From Anaeromyxobacteraceae bacterium (GTDB lineage Bacteria > Myxococcota > Myxococcia > Myxococcales > Anaeromyxobacteraceae): a stretch of DNA of 64,000 nucleotides. The notes beneath the pieces are model-generated. The model worked only from the letters and a program-made list of their open reading frames with translations, was not told where the DNA came from and ran no database searches. The stretch lies in NCBI GenBank assembly GCA_035636195.1, contig DASPZP010000034.1:715-64714 (forward strand). The letters run 5' to 3'. The position numbers and the translations under genes were made by a program. This document shows, piece after piece, positions 54,050 to 62,227 of this stretch; positions within the stretch are counted from its first letter, which is position 1; every line of letters starts with the position of its first letter.

Positions 54050-54373
54050 ATGTTCGATCTGGCGTTGATAGGCGGAGTACCGGGGGTGAGGAGCGCCGTG
54101 CTCGGCGACCTCTCGGGTGGATACCTCGACGCGCTCCGCGAGCCGGACGGCGAGGGCGTCGCCGCGGTGATGGGCTTCCTCTCCAGCGCCATGACCCAGG
54201 CCGGCGACCAGCTGGGGTTGGGCGACCTGCGGCGGATCTCGTTTGCCGGCGAGGGGACCGCCTGCGTGGTCGCCTTCGCAGGAGCTTCCGTGATGGCCGC
54301 CCGGATCGAGCCCGCCCGGTCCCTCGCCGCTGTCGAGAAGGCCCTCGAGGCCTCTCTGCTTGGGAAGGGATGA
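54050..54373 (+). CDS. Roadblock/LC7 (MglB-like) domain protein
   Basis: About 107 aa. LIGGVPGVRSAVLGDLSGGYLDAL...ISFAGEGTACVVAFAGASVMAARIEP has the Roadblock alpha-beta pattern. ATGA overlap with the next gene. Confidence 0.7.
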   Translation: MFDLALIGGVPGVRSAVLGDLSGGYLDALREPDGEGVAAVMGFLSSAMTQAGDQLGLGDLRRISFAGEGTACVVAFAGASVMAARIEPARSLAAVEKALEASLLGKG

Positions 54374-55116
54374 TCATGGAAGCCATCCTTCAGGAGCTGC
54401 TGGACCTGGCCGGCGTGGGCGCGGCCATGGTGTTCGACGGCACCGGTCGGCTCGCCGGACACCGGGGACGCGCCATCTACGACCGCACCCTCTGTGAGCA
54501 GGTGAGCGGCACCCTGGTGAAGGCGATCGACTCGATCCAGCTGCAGCAGGCCGACTGGGACTCGGTCACCGCGCAGTTCGCCGACGGCAAGCTCATCCTG
54601 CGCAATCTGGGCAGCCCCGGCGGGCGCGCGCACACGCTGGCCGTGGTCGCGGACGCGACCCTGAACTCGTCCTTCGCCACGGTCGCCATCCGGGTCGCCG
54701 CCAACAAGGTGCGCAAGTCGATCGTCGAAGGCGGAACCCCAGCGCCGACGGCCGGCGCCGTCCCCGCCGCCGCGCCAGCCGGGGCACCTTCTGCGTCCTC
54801 TCCTCAGCTTCCCGGCGAGTCGAAGCCCGCGCTGGGGAGCTCGGGCCTCAGCTGGTCGAAGGTGTCGAGCGTGGGCTTCTCGACCATCGCCGTGGCGGAC
54901 CCCGCCTCGTCGGCGTTCCTCACCAGCTGCGCCAAGAAGCTCGCCCGCCACGTGGGCCCGATCGCGAAGGTCTACGTGGAGGAGGCGGTGCGGCGAGTGT
55001 CCCCGGACGCACCGTTCTCCGTGTCGATCGGCGGCCGGCTGGTCCAGGACCTCGCCGGCCAGATCGAGGACGCCGACGACCGAGCCCAGTTCCTCGCCTC
55101 AATCGAGAAGGTCTAG
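54370..55116 (+). CDS. Roadblock/LC7 domain protein with Pro/Ala linker and a small C-terminal domain
   Basis: N-terminus LLDLAGVGAAMVFDGTGRLAG...AQFADGKLILRNLG...LAVVADATLN is Roadblock-like. C-terminus LARHVGPIAKVYVEEAVRRV is unassigned. Confidence 0.7.
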   Translation: MIMEAILQELLDLAGVGAAMVFDGTGRLAGHRGRAIYDRTLCEQVSGTLVKAIDSIQLQQADWDSVTAQFADGKLILRNLGSPGGRAHTLAVVADATLNSSFATVAIRVAANKVRKSIVEGGTPAPTAGAVPAAAPAGAPSASSPQLPGESKPALGSSGLSWSKVSSVGFSTIAVADPASSAFLTSCAKKLARHVGPIAKVYVEEAVRRVSPDAPFSVSIGGRLVQDLAGQIEDADDRAQFLASIEKV

Positions 55117-55147
55117 ACCCACGGTCTCGCAGTCCAGGAGGTAGACG

Positions 55148-56065
55148 ATGTCCATCGTTCTCGCGGTCCGGAAGAGCCTCAGCGCGAAGACCGCGCTGAC
55201 GCTCGCGGTCGTCCTGCTCGTGCTGACGGCGATCGCCGCCAGCGTCATCACCACCCAGCAAACGCGACAGATGGAGGAGCTGACGCTGGAGAAGGCCCGC
55301 GTCGCCGCGGCCATCGGCGCCCGCCAGTACGGCGACGTCTTCGACAACTCGATCGACGCCGGCGTGCTGACCGTCAACGACGTCTTCGACAGGAGCTACG
55401 TCGAGATCAAGGGGTACAGCTGGGGCGGGAAGCCCAAGTTCCACACCCGGTACGACCAGGTCACCGACCGGGCCATCCTCGTCTTCCAGGACAAGTTCCT
55501 CGAGTACGAGGACTTCGTCTTCGCGGTGGGCGTCGACGAGAACGGCTACCTGCCCACGCACAACACCCAGTTCCAGAAGCCCCTGACCGGCGCTCCGGAG
55601 CAGGACCTCGCGGGCAACCGGACGAAGCGCATGTTCAACGATCCGGTCGGGCTGGCGGCCGCGAAGAACGTCGAGCCGAGCTTCCTCCAGGTCTACCGGC
55701 GGGACACCGGCGAGACGATGTGGGACGTCTCCTCGCCGATCTTCGTGAAGGGGAAGCACTGGGGCGGGTTCCGGGTGGGGGTGTCGATGGAGCGGATCGA
55801 GGCGCGCAAGCGGGCCCTCATCCTCTCGCTCATCGCCACCTTCGGCTGCTTCGTCCTGGTGACGATCGTCACCATGTTCGTGGTGGTCCAGCGGGCGATG
55901 AAGCCGGTCGTCGCGCTCACCCTGGCGGCGGAGCAGATCGGCCTGGGCGAGGAGCTCGAGACCCCCATCAAGTCGGAAGCGGTCGACGAGATCGGCCAGT
56001 TGACCAAGACGATCGATCGCCTGCGCGTCAGCATGAAGGCGGCGATGAGCCGCCTCAGCGCCTAG
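55148..56065 (+). CDS. Membrane sensor: TM - periplasmic PDC/Cache-like domain - TM - HAMP, with no output domain
   Basis: Two TM spans flank about 190 aa (GYLPTHN, NRTKRMFND, YRRDTGE, HWGGFRVG). A HAMP segment (VVVQRAMKPVVALT...IGQLTKTIDRL) follows, and the protein ends about 15 aa later. Confidence 0.8.
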   Translation: MSIVLAVRKSLSAKTALTLAVVLLVLTAIAASVITTQQTRQMEELTLEKARVAAAIGARQYGDVFDNSIDAGVLTVNDVFDRSYVEIKGYSWGGKPKFHTRYDQVTDRAILVFQDKFLEYEDFVFAVGVDENGYLPTHNTQFQKPLTGAPEQDLAGNRTKRMFNDPVGLAAAKNVEPSFLQVYRRDTGETMWDVSSPIFVKGKHWGGFRVGVSMERIEARKRALILSLIATFGCFVLVTIVTMFVVVQRAMKPVVALTLAAEQIGLGEELETPIKSEAVDEIGQLTKTIDRLRVSMKAAMSRLSA

Positions 56066-56085
56066 CTCGAGAAGGAGATCCCACC

Positions 56086-56721
56086 ATGACCCGTCCATTC
56101 CACAGCTGCTTTGCGATCCTGGCGCTGGCGTCCGTCGCTCTCGCTCCCGTCGCCGCTCGAGCACAGGCGAGGGCGCCCGCGATCATCCCGGCCGACCTGC
56201 CTGCGCAGGAGCGGGAGATGCTGGTACTGGCCCACGACTTCGCCAGGCGCTGCGCCGACGCCCTGGAGAAATGGATCGCCAGCAAGGAGGTCACCGAGGA
56301 GAAGCTCTTCAGCTCCCTGTACTATCCGATGCCGAAGACGGACCCACCGAAGTACACCACCGACTGGGACCGGCTCTCGGACCGCGACATCCTCCCCATC
56401 GAGGAGAGCATCCTCGCCAGGTCGCCCACGATCCTCTTCACGGTCATGGTGGACAAGTTCGGGTACCTCCCGACGCACAACCAGCGCTACTCGCTGCCGC
56501 TCACCGGTAACGCCGCCGCCGACCTGGTCAACAACCGCACCAAGCGGATCTTCAACGACCGGACCGGGCTGGCGGCGGCGAAGAGCCAGGCGCCCTTCCT
56601 GATCCAGCGTTACCAGCGCGACACCGGGGAGACGCTGGTGGACCTCTCGGTGCCGCTGTTCGTGCGCGGCGCGCACTGGGGTGCCGTGCGCATCGGATAC
56701 CGGCCCCTCGACGCCCGCTAG
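56086..56721 (+). CDS. Periplasmic stand-alone paralog of the preceding sensor domain
   Basis: Signal peptide, then the same motifs in the same order (GYLPTHN, NRTKRIFND, YQRDTGE, HWGAVRIGY). No TM or HAMP segment. Confidence 0.75.
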   Translation: MTRPFHSCFAILALASVALAPVAARAQARAPAIIPADLPAQEREMLVLAHDFARRCADALEKWIASKEVTEEKLFSSLYYPMPKTDPPKYTTDWDRLSDRDILPIEESILARSPTILFTVMVDKFGYLPTHNQRYSLPLTGNAAADLVNNRTKRIFNDRTGLAAAKSQAPFLIQRYQRDTGETLVDLSVPLFVRGAHWGAVRIGYRPLDAR

Positions 56722-56759
56722 GTCGCGGGACGGCTGCGGGTCTCCACAGTAGCGCCGCG

Positions 56760-56796
56760 GGTCCCTCCCTGTGCAAAGATGGCACCGGGAGGGACC
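56760..56796 (+). promoter_or_regulatory. 10-bp stem hairpin sequestering the Shine-Dalgarno of the DctP-like gene
   Basis: GGTCCCTCCC (56760-56769) pairs perfectly with GGGAGGGACC (56787-56796). The latter contains the GGAGG directly before ATG 56797. The loop is 17 nt. Confidence 0.4.
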
Positions 56797-57852
56797 ATGG
56801 TCGGTCTGTGGACGAGCCTCGGCATCGCTTCGGCGCTGGTCCTGCCCCTGGCAGCGCTGGCCGAAGCTGCGCCCATCGTGATCAAGTTCAGTCACGTGGT
56901 GGCGACGGAGACGCCGAAGGGCCAGGCCGCGCTCCGCTTCAAGCAGCTCGCGGAGGAGGCCACCCAGGGCCGGGTCAGGGTCGAGGTCTATCCGAACAGC
57001 GAGCTCTACAAGGACAAGGAGGAGCTGGAGGCGCTGCAGCTCGGCGCGGTCCAGATGCTCGCGCCCTCGCTCGCCAAGTTCGCCCCGCTGGGCGTGAAGG
57101 AGTTCGAGCTCTTCGACCTCCCGTTCATCTTCGACAGCTACGAGCAGCTGCACAAGATCACGCAGGGACCCATCGGCCAGAAGCTGCTCGACAAGCTCGA
57201 GCCCAAGGGCATCCAGGGCCTCGCGTACTGGGACAACGGCTTCAAGGTGATGAGCTCCAACAAGCCGCTGAGGACGCCCGCCGACTTCAAGGGTCAGCAG
57301 CTGCGCATCCAGTCCTCGCGGGTGCTCGACACGCAGATGCGCTCGATGGGAGCCATCCCGCAGGTCATGTCCTTCTCGGAGGTCTACCAGGCGCTGCAGG
57401 CCGGGGTCGTGGATGGCACCGAGAATCCACCGTCGAACCTCTACACGCAGCGGATGTACGAGGTGCAGAAGTACGTGACCCTCTCCAACCACGGCTATCT
57501 CGGCTACGCCGTCATCGTGAACAAGTCGTTCTGGAGCGGCTTGCCGGCAGGCATCCGCGGCCAGCTGGAACGCGCCCTGAAGGCCGCCACCGCCTACGCC
57601 AACGAGATCGCGAAGAAGGACAACGAGGACGCCTTGGCCGCCGTGAAGAGCTCCGGCAAGTGCCAGTTCGTCACGCTGACCGCCGAGGAGCGCGCGGCCT
57701 GGAAGGCGACCATGGATCGGGCCCACCAGGAGCACGTCGGCCGGATCGGCGCAGCGCTGATCGGCGAGGTCTACCAGGCGACCGGGTACCAGCCGAGCTC
57801 CAGCGCTCCAGCCATGCCGAGTGGACCCGGGAGCTTGCGCCTGGGCGAATGA
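56797..57852 (+). CDS. dctP: TRAP-type DctP-family C4-dicarboxylate-binding periplasmic protein (orphan, no DctQM)
   Basis: Signal peptide, then IKFSHVVATETPKGQAALRFK..., YWDNGFK, RIQSSRV and ENPPSN are typical of the DctP family. No TRAP membrane components occur in the window. Confidence 0.85.
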   Translation: MVGLWTSLGIASALVLPLAALAEAAPIVIKFSHVVATETPKGQAALRFKQLAEEATQGRVRVEVYPNSELYKDKEELEALQLGAVQMLAPSLAKFAPLGVKEFELFDLPFIFDSYEQLHKITQGPIGQKLLDKLEPKGIQGLAYWDNGFKVMSSNKPLRTPADFKGQQLRIQSSRVLDTQMRSMGAIPQVMSFSEVYQALQAGVVDGTENPPSNLYTQRMYEVQKYVTLSNHGYLGYAVIVNKSFWSGLPAGIRGQLERALKAATAYANEIAKKDNEDALAAVKSSGKCQFVTLTAEERAAWKATMDRAHQEHVGRIGAALIGEVYQATGYQPSSSAPAMPSGPGSLRLGE

Positions 57853-58042
57853 CGCAGCGCGCGAGCGGGGTCGGTCGGCGCACGTGTGGTTTTCCACAAT
57901 AGCGACCTCCGCCTGGAACCGGGCAGAGTGGTTCTCGCTGCCATCCAACGGGACCGAGAGACCAGCGACACGCGTTCCACGTGTCGCGCGCCGCCGACAT
58001 CTTGCCAATTTCACGAACCGTGAACCTTTTGAGGGAGCGCCC

Positions 58043-59431
58043 ATGAAGCGCAACGTCGTCGAGGATGAGGCCGCCCGGAAGCTCGCGGCGGGCGAGGACG
58101 CAGAGCTGCCCATACACGTCGTGGACGCCGCGGACGAGAAGCCCCTGTCCGTCGGGGGGCGCCTGAAGCGCTCCGCGTCGAAGCTGTACAACTGGGTGGC
58201 GCTCATGATCGTGCTGGGCGCCTTGCTGGGGCATTTCTTCCCTGCGGCCGGCGTGGCCATGCAGCCCGTCGCCGACGGGTTCATCAACCTCATCAAGATG
58301 CTCATCCCGGCGGTGATCCTGTGCACCGTGGTGCTGGGGATCGCGGGCTCGGGCAGCATCAAGAAGGCCGGCCGCGTGGGCGGCAAGGCCATCCTCTACT
58401 TCGAGGTCGTCAGCACCTTCGCCCTGGTGGTCGGCCTGGGCATGGGCAACTTCTTCGGGCCGGGGAGGAGCTTCCACGCCGATCCTTCGAAGCTCGATCC
58501 CAAGCTGGTGGCGAACTACGTCACGCAAGCGCAGCACATGACGGTCAAGGATCACATCCTCAAGATCATCCCGAAGACCCTCTTCAGTGCGTTCACGGAG
58601 GGCGACATCCTCCAGGTGCTGCTGATCTCGGTGCTCCTGGGGTTTGCTCTGGCGCGCCTGCCCGAAAAGTACAAGACGCCGCTCATGGGCTTCATGGACA
58701 ACGTGAGCAAGATGCTGTTCGGCGTCATGCGGATCATCCTGTACGCCGCGCCGATCGGCGCCGGCGCCGCCATCGCCTTCACCATCGGCAAGTTCGGACT
58801 GAAGTCGTTGCTGCCGATGGGGGAGCTCATCCTGCTCTTCTATGCGACGTGCGCCGTGTTCGTCCTGGTCGTGCTGGGGGCCATCGCTGCGGCGTCCGGG
58901 TTCAACATCCTGAAGCTGCTGCGTTACATCAAGAGCGAGCTGTTGCTGGTCCTCGCGACCAGCTCCTCCGAGTCGGCGCTCATCCCGCTGATGGAGAAGC
59001 TGGAGCGCATCGGCCTCTCGAAGTCGGTCGTCGGCCTGGTCGTGCCGACGGGCTATTCGTTCAACCTGGATGGCACCAACATCTACATGACGCTCGCCTC
59101 GCTCTTCATCGCCCAGGCGCTGGGCATCGAGCTCACGCTGGGTCAGCAACTGGGCATCCTGGTGGTGGCCATGATCACGAGCAAGGGCGCGACCGGAGTC
59201 ACGGGCTCCGGATTCATCACGCTGGCCGCGACCCTGGCGGTGGTCCCGGGCATCCCGGTGGCCGGCATGGCGCTCATCCTCGGGATCGACAAGTTCATGT
59301 CCGAGGCGCGAGCGATCACCAACCACATCGGAAACTGCGTGGCGGCGGTGGTGCTCGCGAGCTGGGAAGGCGAGATCGACTGGCCCAAGTTCCGCGAGGC
59401 GATGAAGAAGGGCAGCCAGGCGTCGATCTGA
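58043..59431 (+). CDS. dctA: C4-dicarboxylate/cation symporter DctA (DAACS family)
   Basis: FINLIKMLI, SSSE(S)ALIP, TGYSFNLDGT and AMITSKGATGVTGSGF are DAACS signatures. About 462 aa from ATG 58043. Confidence 0.9.
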   Translation: MKRNVVEDEAARKLAAGEDAELPIHVVDAADEKPLSVGGRLKRSASKLYNWVALMIVLGALLGHFFPAAGVAMQPVADGFINLIKMLIPAVILCTVVLGIAGSGSIKKAGRVGGKAILYFEVVSTFALVVGLGMGNFFGPGRSFHADPSKLDPKLVANYVTQAQHMTVKDHILKIIPKTLFSAFTEGDILQVLLISVLLGFALARLPEKYKTPLMGFMDNVSKMLFGVMRIILYAAPIGAGAAIAFTIGKFGLKSLLPMGELILLFYATCAVFVLVVLGAIAAASGFNILKLLRYIKSELLLVLATSSSESALIPLMEKLERIGLSKSVVGLVVPTGYSFNLDGTNIYMTLASLFIAQALGIELTLGQQLGILVVAMITSKGATGVTGSGFITLAATLAVVPGIPVAGMALILGIDKFMSEARAITNHIGNCVAAVVLASWEGEIDWPKFREAMKKGSQASI

Positions 59432-59518
59432 AGCGCCCGTGCTCCGCCGTGGAGGAATGGGGGCCGCCAGCGGCGCCATTCCTCCACTCGGGCCGGGGCA
59501 CCTGACCGTCGCACCCCG

Positions 59519-61528
59519 GTGCGTGTAGAATCGGCGTCCAGCACCGTGTTCCCCGCTCCTCGCGCCATGCCCGACGACCGCTCCAGGGCCACCCTCGGGT
59601 GGCGCTGGGTCGCGCCTCGCGCCGGCGTCCTCCTCATCGTCGCGGCGCTGCTGGGTCTGGTGTGGATTCCACTGCGGCAGGAGCAGGAGGAGAACCGGGC
59701 CGGCCTCATCCGCGACGTCCTGTGGCTCGAGCAGAACATCCAGTTCAGCCTGACGAGCGACGCGGGCCAGCTCTCGCACCTCGCCCAGGACTCCACCGTC
59801 AGGGACCTCGACCAGCGCCAGCTCGAGCTCCGGGTGAAGCACCTCCTGCCGAACTGCCCGGGCCTGGTCCAGATCGTCCTGCTCGACCGCGACGGTGCGC
59901 TCCGGGCGAGCTCGCCGGTAGGAGTCCCGGCTCGAGCCACCCAGCTCTGGCCTGACTCGGTCAGCGAGCCCGCCTATCGGCTCGCCAGGAGCACCGGGAA
60001 GCCCGCCTACGGCCCCCCGCACCCCTCGCAGAGCGACCATCAGTTCGAGATCTTCGTCCCGTATCACCGTGACGGCTCGAACGCAGGTACGGTGGTCGGC
60101 GTCTACAGCCTGAGGTCCTTCCTGGCGGGCATCGTCCCCTGGTGGCTCGCCGAGAAGCACCGCGTCACCATCCGGGACGCGAGCGACGGCGTGCTCGCGG
60201 CGAAGTCCAACGTCGCGGCCTCGGGCCGGCCCGAGCTGACCCACCAGACTCCACTCGATCCGCCCGGGTACGGGATGTTGCTGCACGTGGAGTCTTACGG
60301 CTCGCACACGAAGCTCTTGCGGAACGTGCTGGTGGTCACGATCCTGAGCCTGGCGGGTGGAGTGTTCTGGAGCCTGTGGTCGCTGCGGCGCCACATCGCG
60401 CGGCGCCTCGTCACCGAGCAGGAGCTGCGCGAGGAGCACGCCTTCCGCAAGGCGATGGAGGACTCGCTCGAGACGGGCATGCGCGCCGTCGACCTCGACG
60501 GGCGGATCGTCTACGTGAACCCCGCCTTCTGCCGGATGGTCGGGTACTCGGCGAGCGAGCTCATCGGCCATGGGACGCCCCCGCAGTACTGGCCGCCCGA
60601 GGTGCGCGAGCACAACGAGCGCGTGGTCACGGCGGCGCGCACCATCGCCGGGCCCCGGGCCGGCATCGAGCTCGAGTGCGCGCGGCGGGACGGGCAGCGC
60701 TTCGACGCGTTGCTCTACGAGGCGCCGCTCGTCGACGCCCACGGCCGGCAGACCGGCTGGATGGGCTCGATCCTCGACATCACCGAGCGCAAGCAAGCGC
60801 GCGAGCGCGCGCGCCACCACCAGGAGAAGGTCGCCGCGACGGCCCGGCTCGTCGCGATGGGCGAGATGGCCTCCTCGATCGCGCACGAGCTGAACCAGCC
60901 GCTCTCCGCCATCGCGAGCTACAGCACCGGGTGCCTGAACGTGCTCGAGAGCGGCGCGGCCTCGACGGACGAGGTCAAGGACGCGCTCCGGAAGACGAAC
61001 CAGCAGGCCCAGCGCGCCGGCCGCATCATCCGCCGCATCCACGACTTCGTCCGCAAGAGCGAGCCCTCGAGGACCCGCGTGCGGCTGAACGCCCTGCTCG
61101 TGGAGGCGGCCGAGTTCGCCGAGGCCGAGGCCCGCAAGCGCCGGGTCCGGATCCGGTCGGAGCTGCCGGGCGAGGACCTCGAGCTCGACGCCGACCCGGT
61201 CCTGCTCCAGCAGGTGCTGCTGAACCTCCTGCGGAACGGGATGGACGCCATGGCCGAGACCGACGCCGAGCGGCGCGAGCTCCTCGTCTACACCGAGCGG
61301 AACGGCTCGACCATCACGGTGCGGGTGGCCGATCGCGGCTGCGGGCTCTCGCCGGAGGTGGAGCGGCAGCTGTTCGAGCCGTTCTTCACCACCAAGGCCG
61401 AGGGGATGGGGATGGGGCTCAACATCTGCCGCTCGATCATGGAGCTCCACCGGGGCCGGATCTGGGCCGAGCCCGCGCCCGGCGGCGGCACGATCTTCTC
61501 GTTCTCGTTGCCGCTGGAGGCCGCGTGA
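59519..61528 (+). CDS. FixL/DctS-like sensor histidine kinase (periplasmic domain, PAS, HisKA, HATPase_c)
   Basis: Two TM spans flank a periplasmic region, then PAS (AMEDSLETGMRAVDLDGRIVYVNPAF), H-box SSIAHELNQPLSAI and G-boxes. The start may be ATG 59567. Confidence 0.85.
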   Translation: MRVESASSTVFPAPRAMPDDRSRATLGWRWVAPRAGVLLIVAALLGLVWIPLRQEQEENRAGLIRDVLWLEQNIQFSLTSDAGQLSHLAQDSTVRDLDQRQLELRVKHLLPNCPGLVQIVLLDRDGALRASSPVGVPARATQLWPDSVSEPAYRLARSTGKPAYGPPHPSQSDHQFEIFVPYHRDGSNAGTVVGVYSLRSFLAGIVPWWLAEKHRVTIRDASDGVLAAKSNVAASGRPELTHQTPLDPPGYGMLLHVESYGSHTKLLRNVLVVTILSLAGGVFWSLWSLRRHIARRLVTEQELREEHAFRKAMEDSLETGMRAVDLDGRIVYVNPAFCRMVGYSASELIGHGTPPQYWPPEVREHNERVVTAARTIAGPRAGIELECARRDGQRFDALLYEAPLVDAHGRQTGWMGSILDITERKQARERARHHQEKVAATARLVAMGEMASSIAHELNQPLSAIASYSTGCLNVLESGAASTDEVKDALRKTNQQAQRAGRIIRRIHDFVRKSEPSRTRVRLNALLVEAAEFAEAEARKRRVRIRSELPGEDLELDADPVLLQQVLLNLLRNGMDAMAETDAERRELLVYTERNGSTITVRVADRGCGLSPEVERQLFEPFFTTKAEGMGMGLNICRSIMELHRGRIWAEPAPGGGTIFSFSLPLEAA

Positions 61529-62127
61529 GCGACCCGACCGTGCACGTGGTCGACGACGACGCCGCCATCCGCGACGCGCTCTCCTGGCTGCTCCGGTCGC
61601 GCGGCCTGCGCGCCCGCAGCTGGGACTCGGGCGAGGCCTTCCTCGCCGCCTGGTCGCCGGACATGGTGGGCTGCATCGTGCTCGACGTCCGCATGGACGG
61701 GATGAGCGGGGTCGAGGCGTACGACCAGCTGCTCGATCGCGGCTGCGCGATGCCGGTGCTGTTCCTCACCGGCCACGGCGACGTCCCGCTCGCGGTCGAG
61801 GCGCTGAAGAAGGGCGCGTTCGACTTCGTGGAGAAGCCGTTCAACGACAACCAGCTCGTCGATCGGCTCCTGGAGGCGCTCCGCTCGGACGAGGCGCTGC
61901 GCCGCGCGCGCGAGGCCCAGGCGAGCGTCGCCGAGCGGCTCGCCCACCTCACCCCGCGCGAGCGCGAGGTCATGGACCGGATCCTGGCCGGTGAGTACAA
62001 CAAGACGATCGCCGACGGGCTCGCGATCGCCGTGCGGACGGTGGAGGTCCACCGCGCCCGCGTGTTCGAGAAGATGGGCGTCCGCTCCGCGGTCGAGCTG
62101 GCGCGCCTGGTCGCGCGCGAGGGCTGA
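61525..62127 (+). CDS. FixJ/DctR-like response regulator (REC + LuxR/GerE HTH)
   Basis: GTG 61525 overlaps the kinase stop (GTGA). VHVVDDDAAIRDAL...LDVRMDGMSG...KPF, then LTPREREVMDRILAGEYNKTIADGLAIAVRTVEVHRARVFEKMG. Confidence 0.9.
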   Translation: MSDPTVHVVDDDAAIRDALSWLLRSRGLRARSWDSGEAFLAAWSPDMVGCIVLDVRMDGMSGVEAYDQLLDRGCAMPVLFLTGHGDVPLAVEALKKGAFDFVEKPFNDNQLVDRLLEALRSDEALRRAREAQASVAERLAHLTPREREVMDRILAGEYNKTIADGLAIAVRTVEVHRARVFEKMGVRSAVELARLVAREG

Positions 62128-62227
62128 GGGGCGCTCGGCAGCTCGGATCCCCGACGGGCTGCGAGCTGCCCGCGAGCTGCCGACGCCGGCGCACGGCGTT
62201 AGACGTGGGGGCTCACGAGGCATCCCC

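Noticed and set aside
50551-54951. 1466-aa minus-strand ORF spanning the Roadblock/kinase region
   Set aside because: It is antisense to four well-supported + strand genes. The product is Arg/Gly/Ala/Pro-rich low complexity with no motifs. This is a typical stop-codon-poor antisense frame in high-GC DNA.
57900-57945. Sigma-54 promoter upstream of dctA (as in rhizobial dctA)
   Set aside because: TGGAAC and TGGTTC strings are present, but no GG-N10-GC spacing with a TTGC element could be aligned. The adjacent regulator is FixJ-type, not an NtrC-type sigma-54 activator.
57671-61450. 1259-aa minus-strand ORF over dctA and the DctS-like kinase
   Set aside because: It is antisense to genes with clear DAACS and HisKA/HATPase motifs. 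The composition is dominated by R, G, D, E, L, A and P repeats and no domain signature is present.
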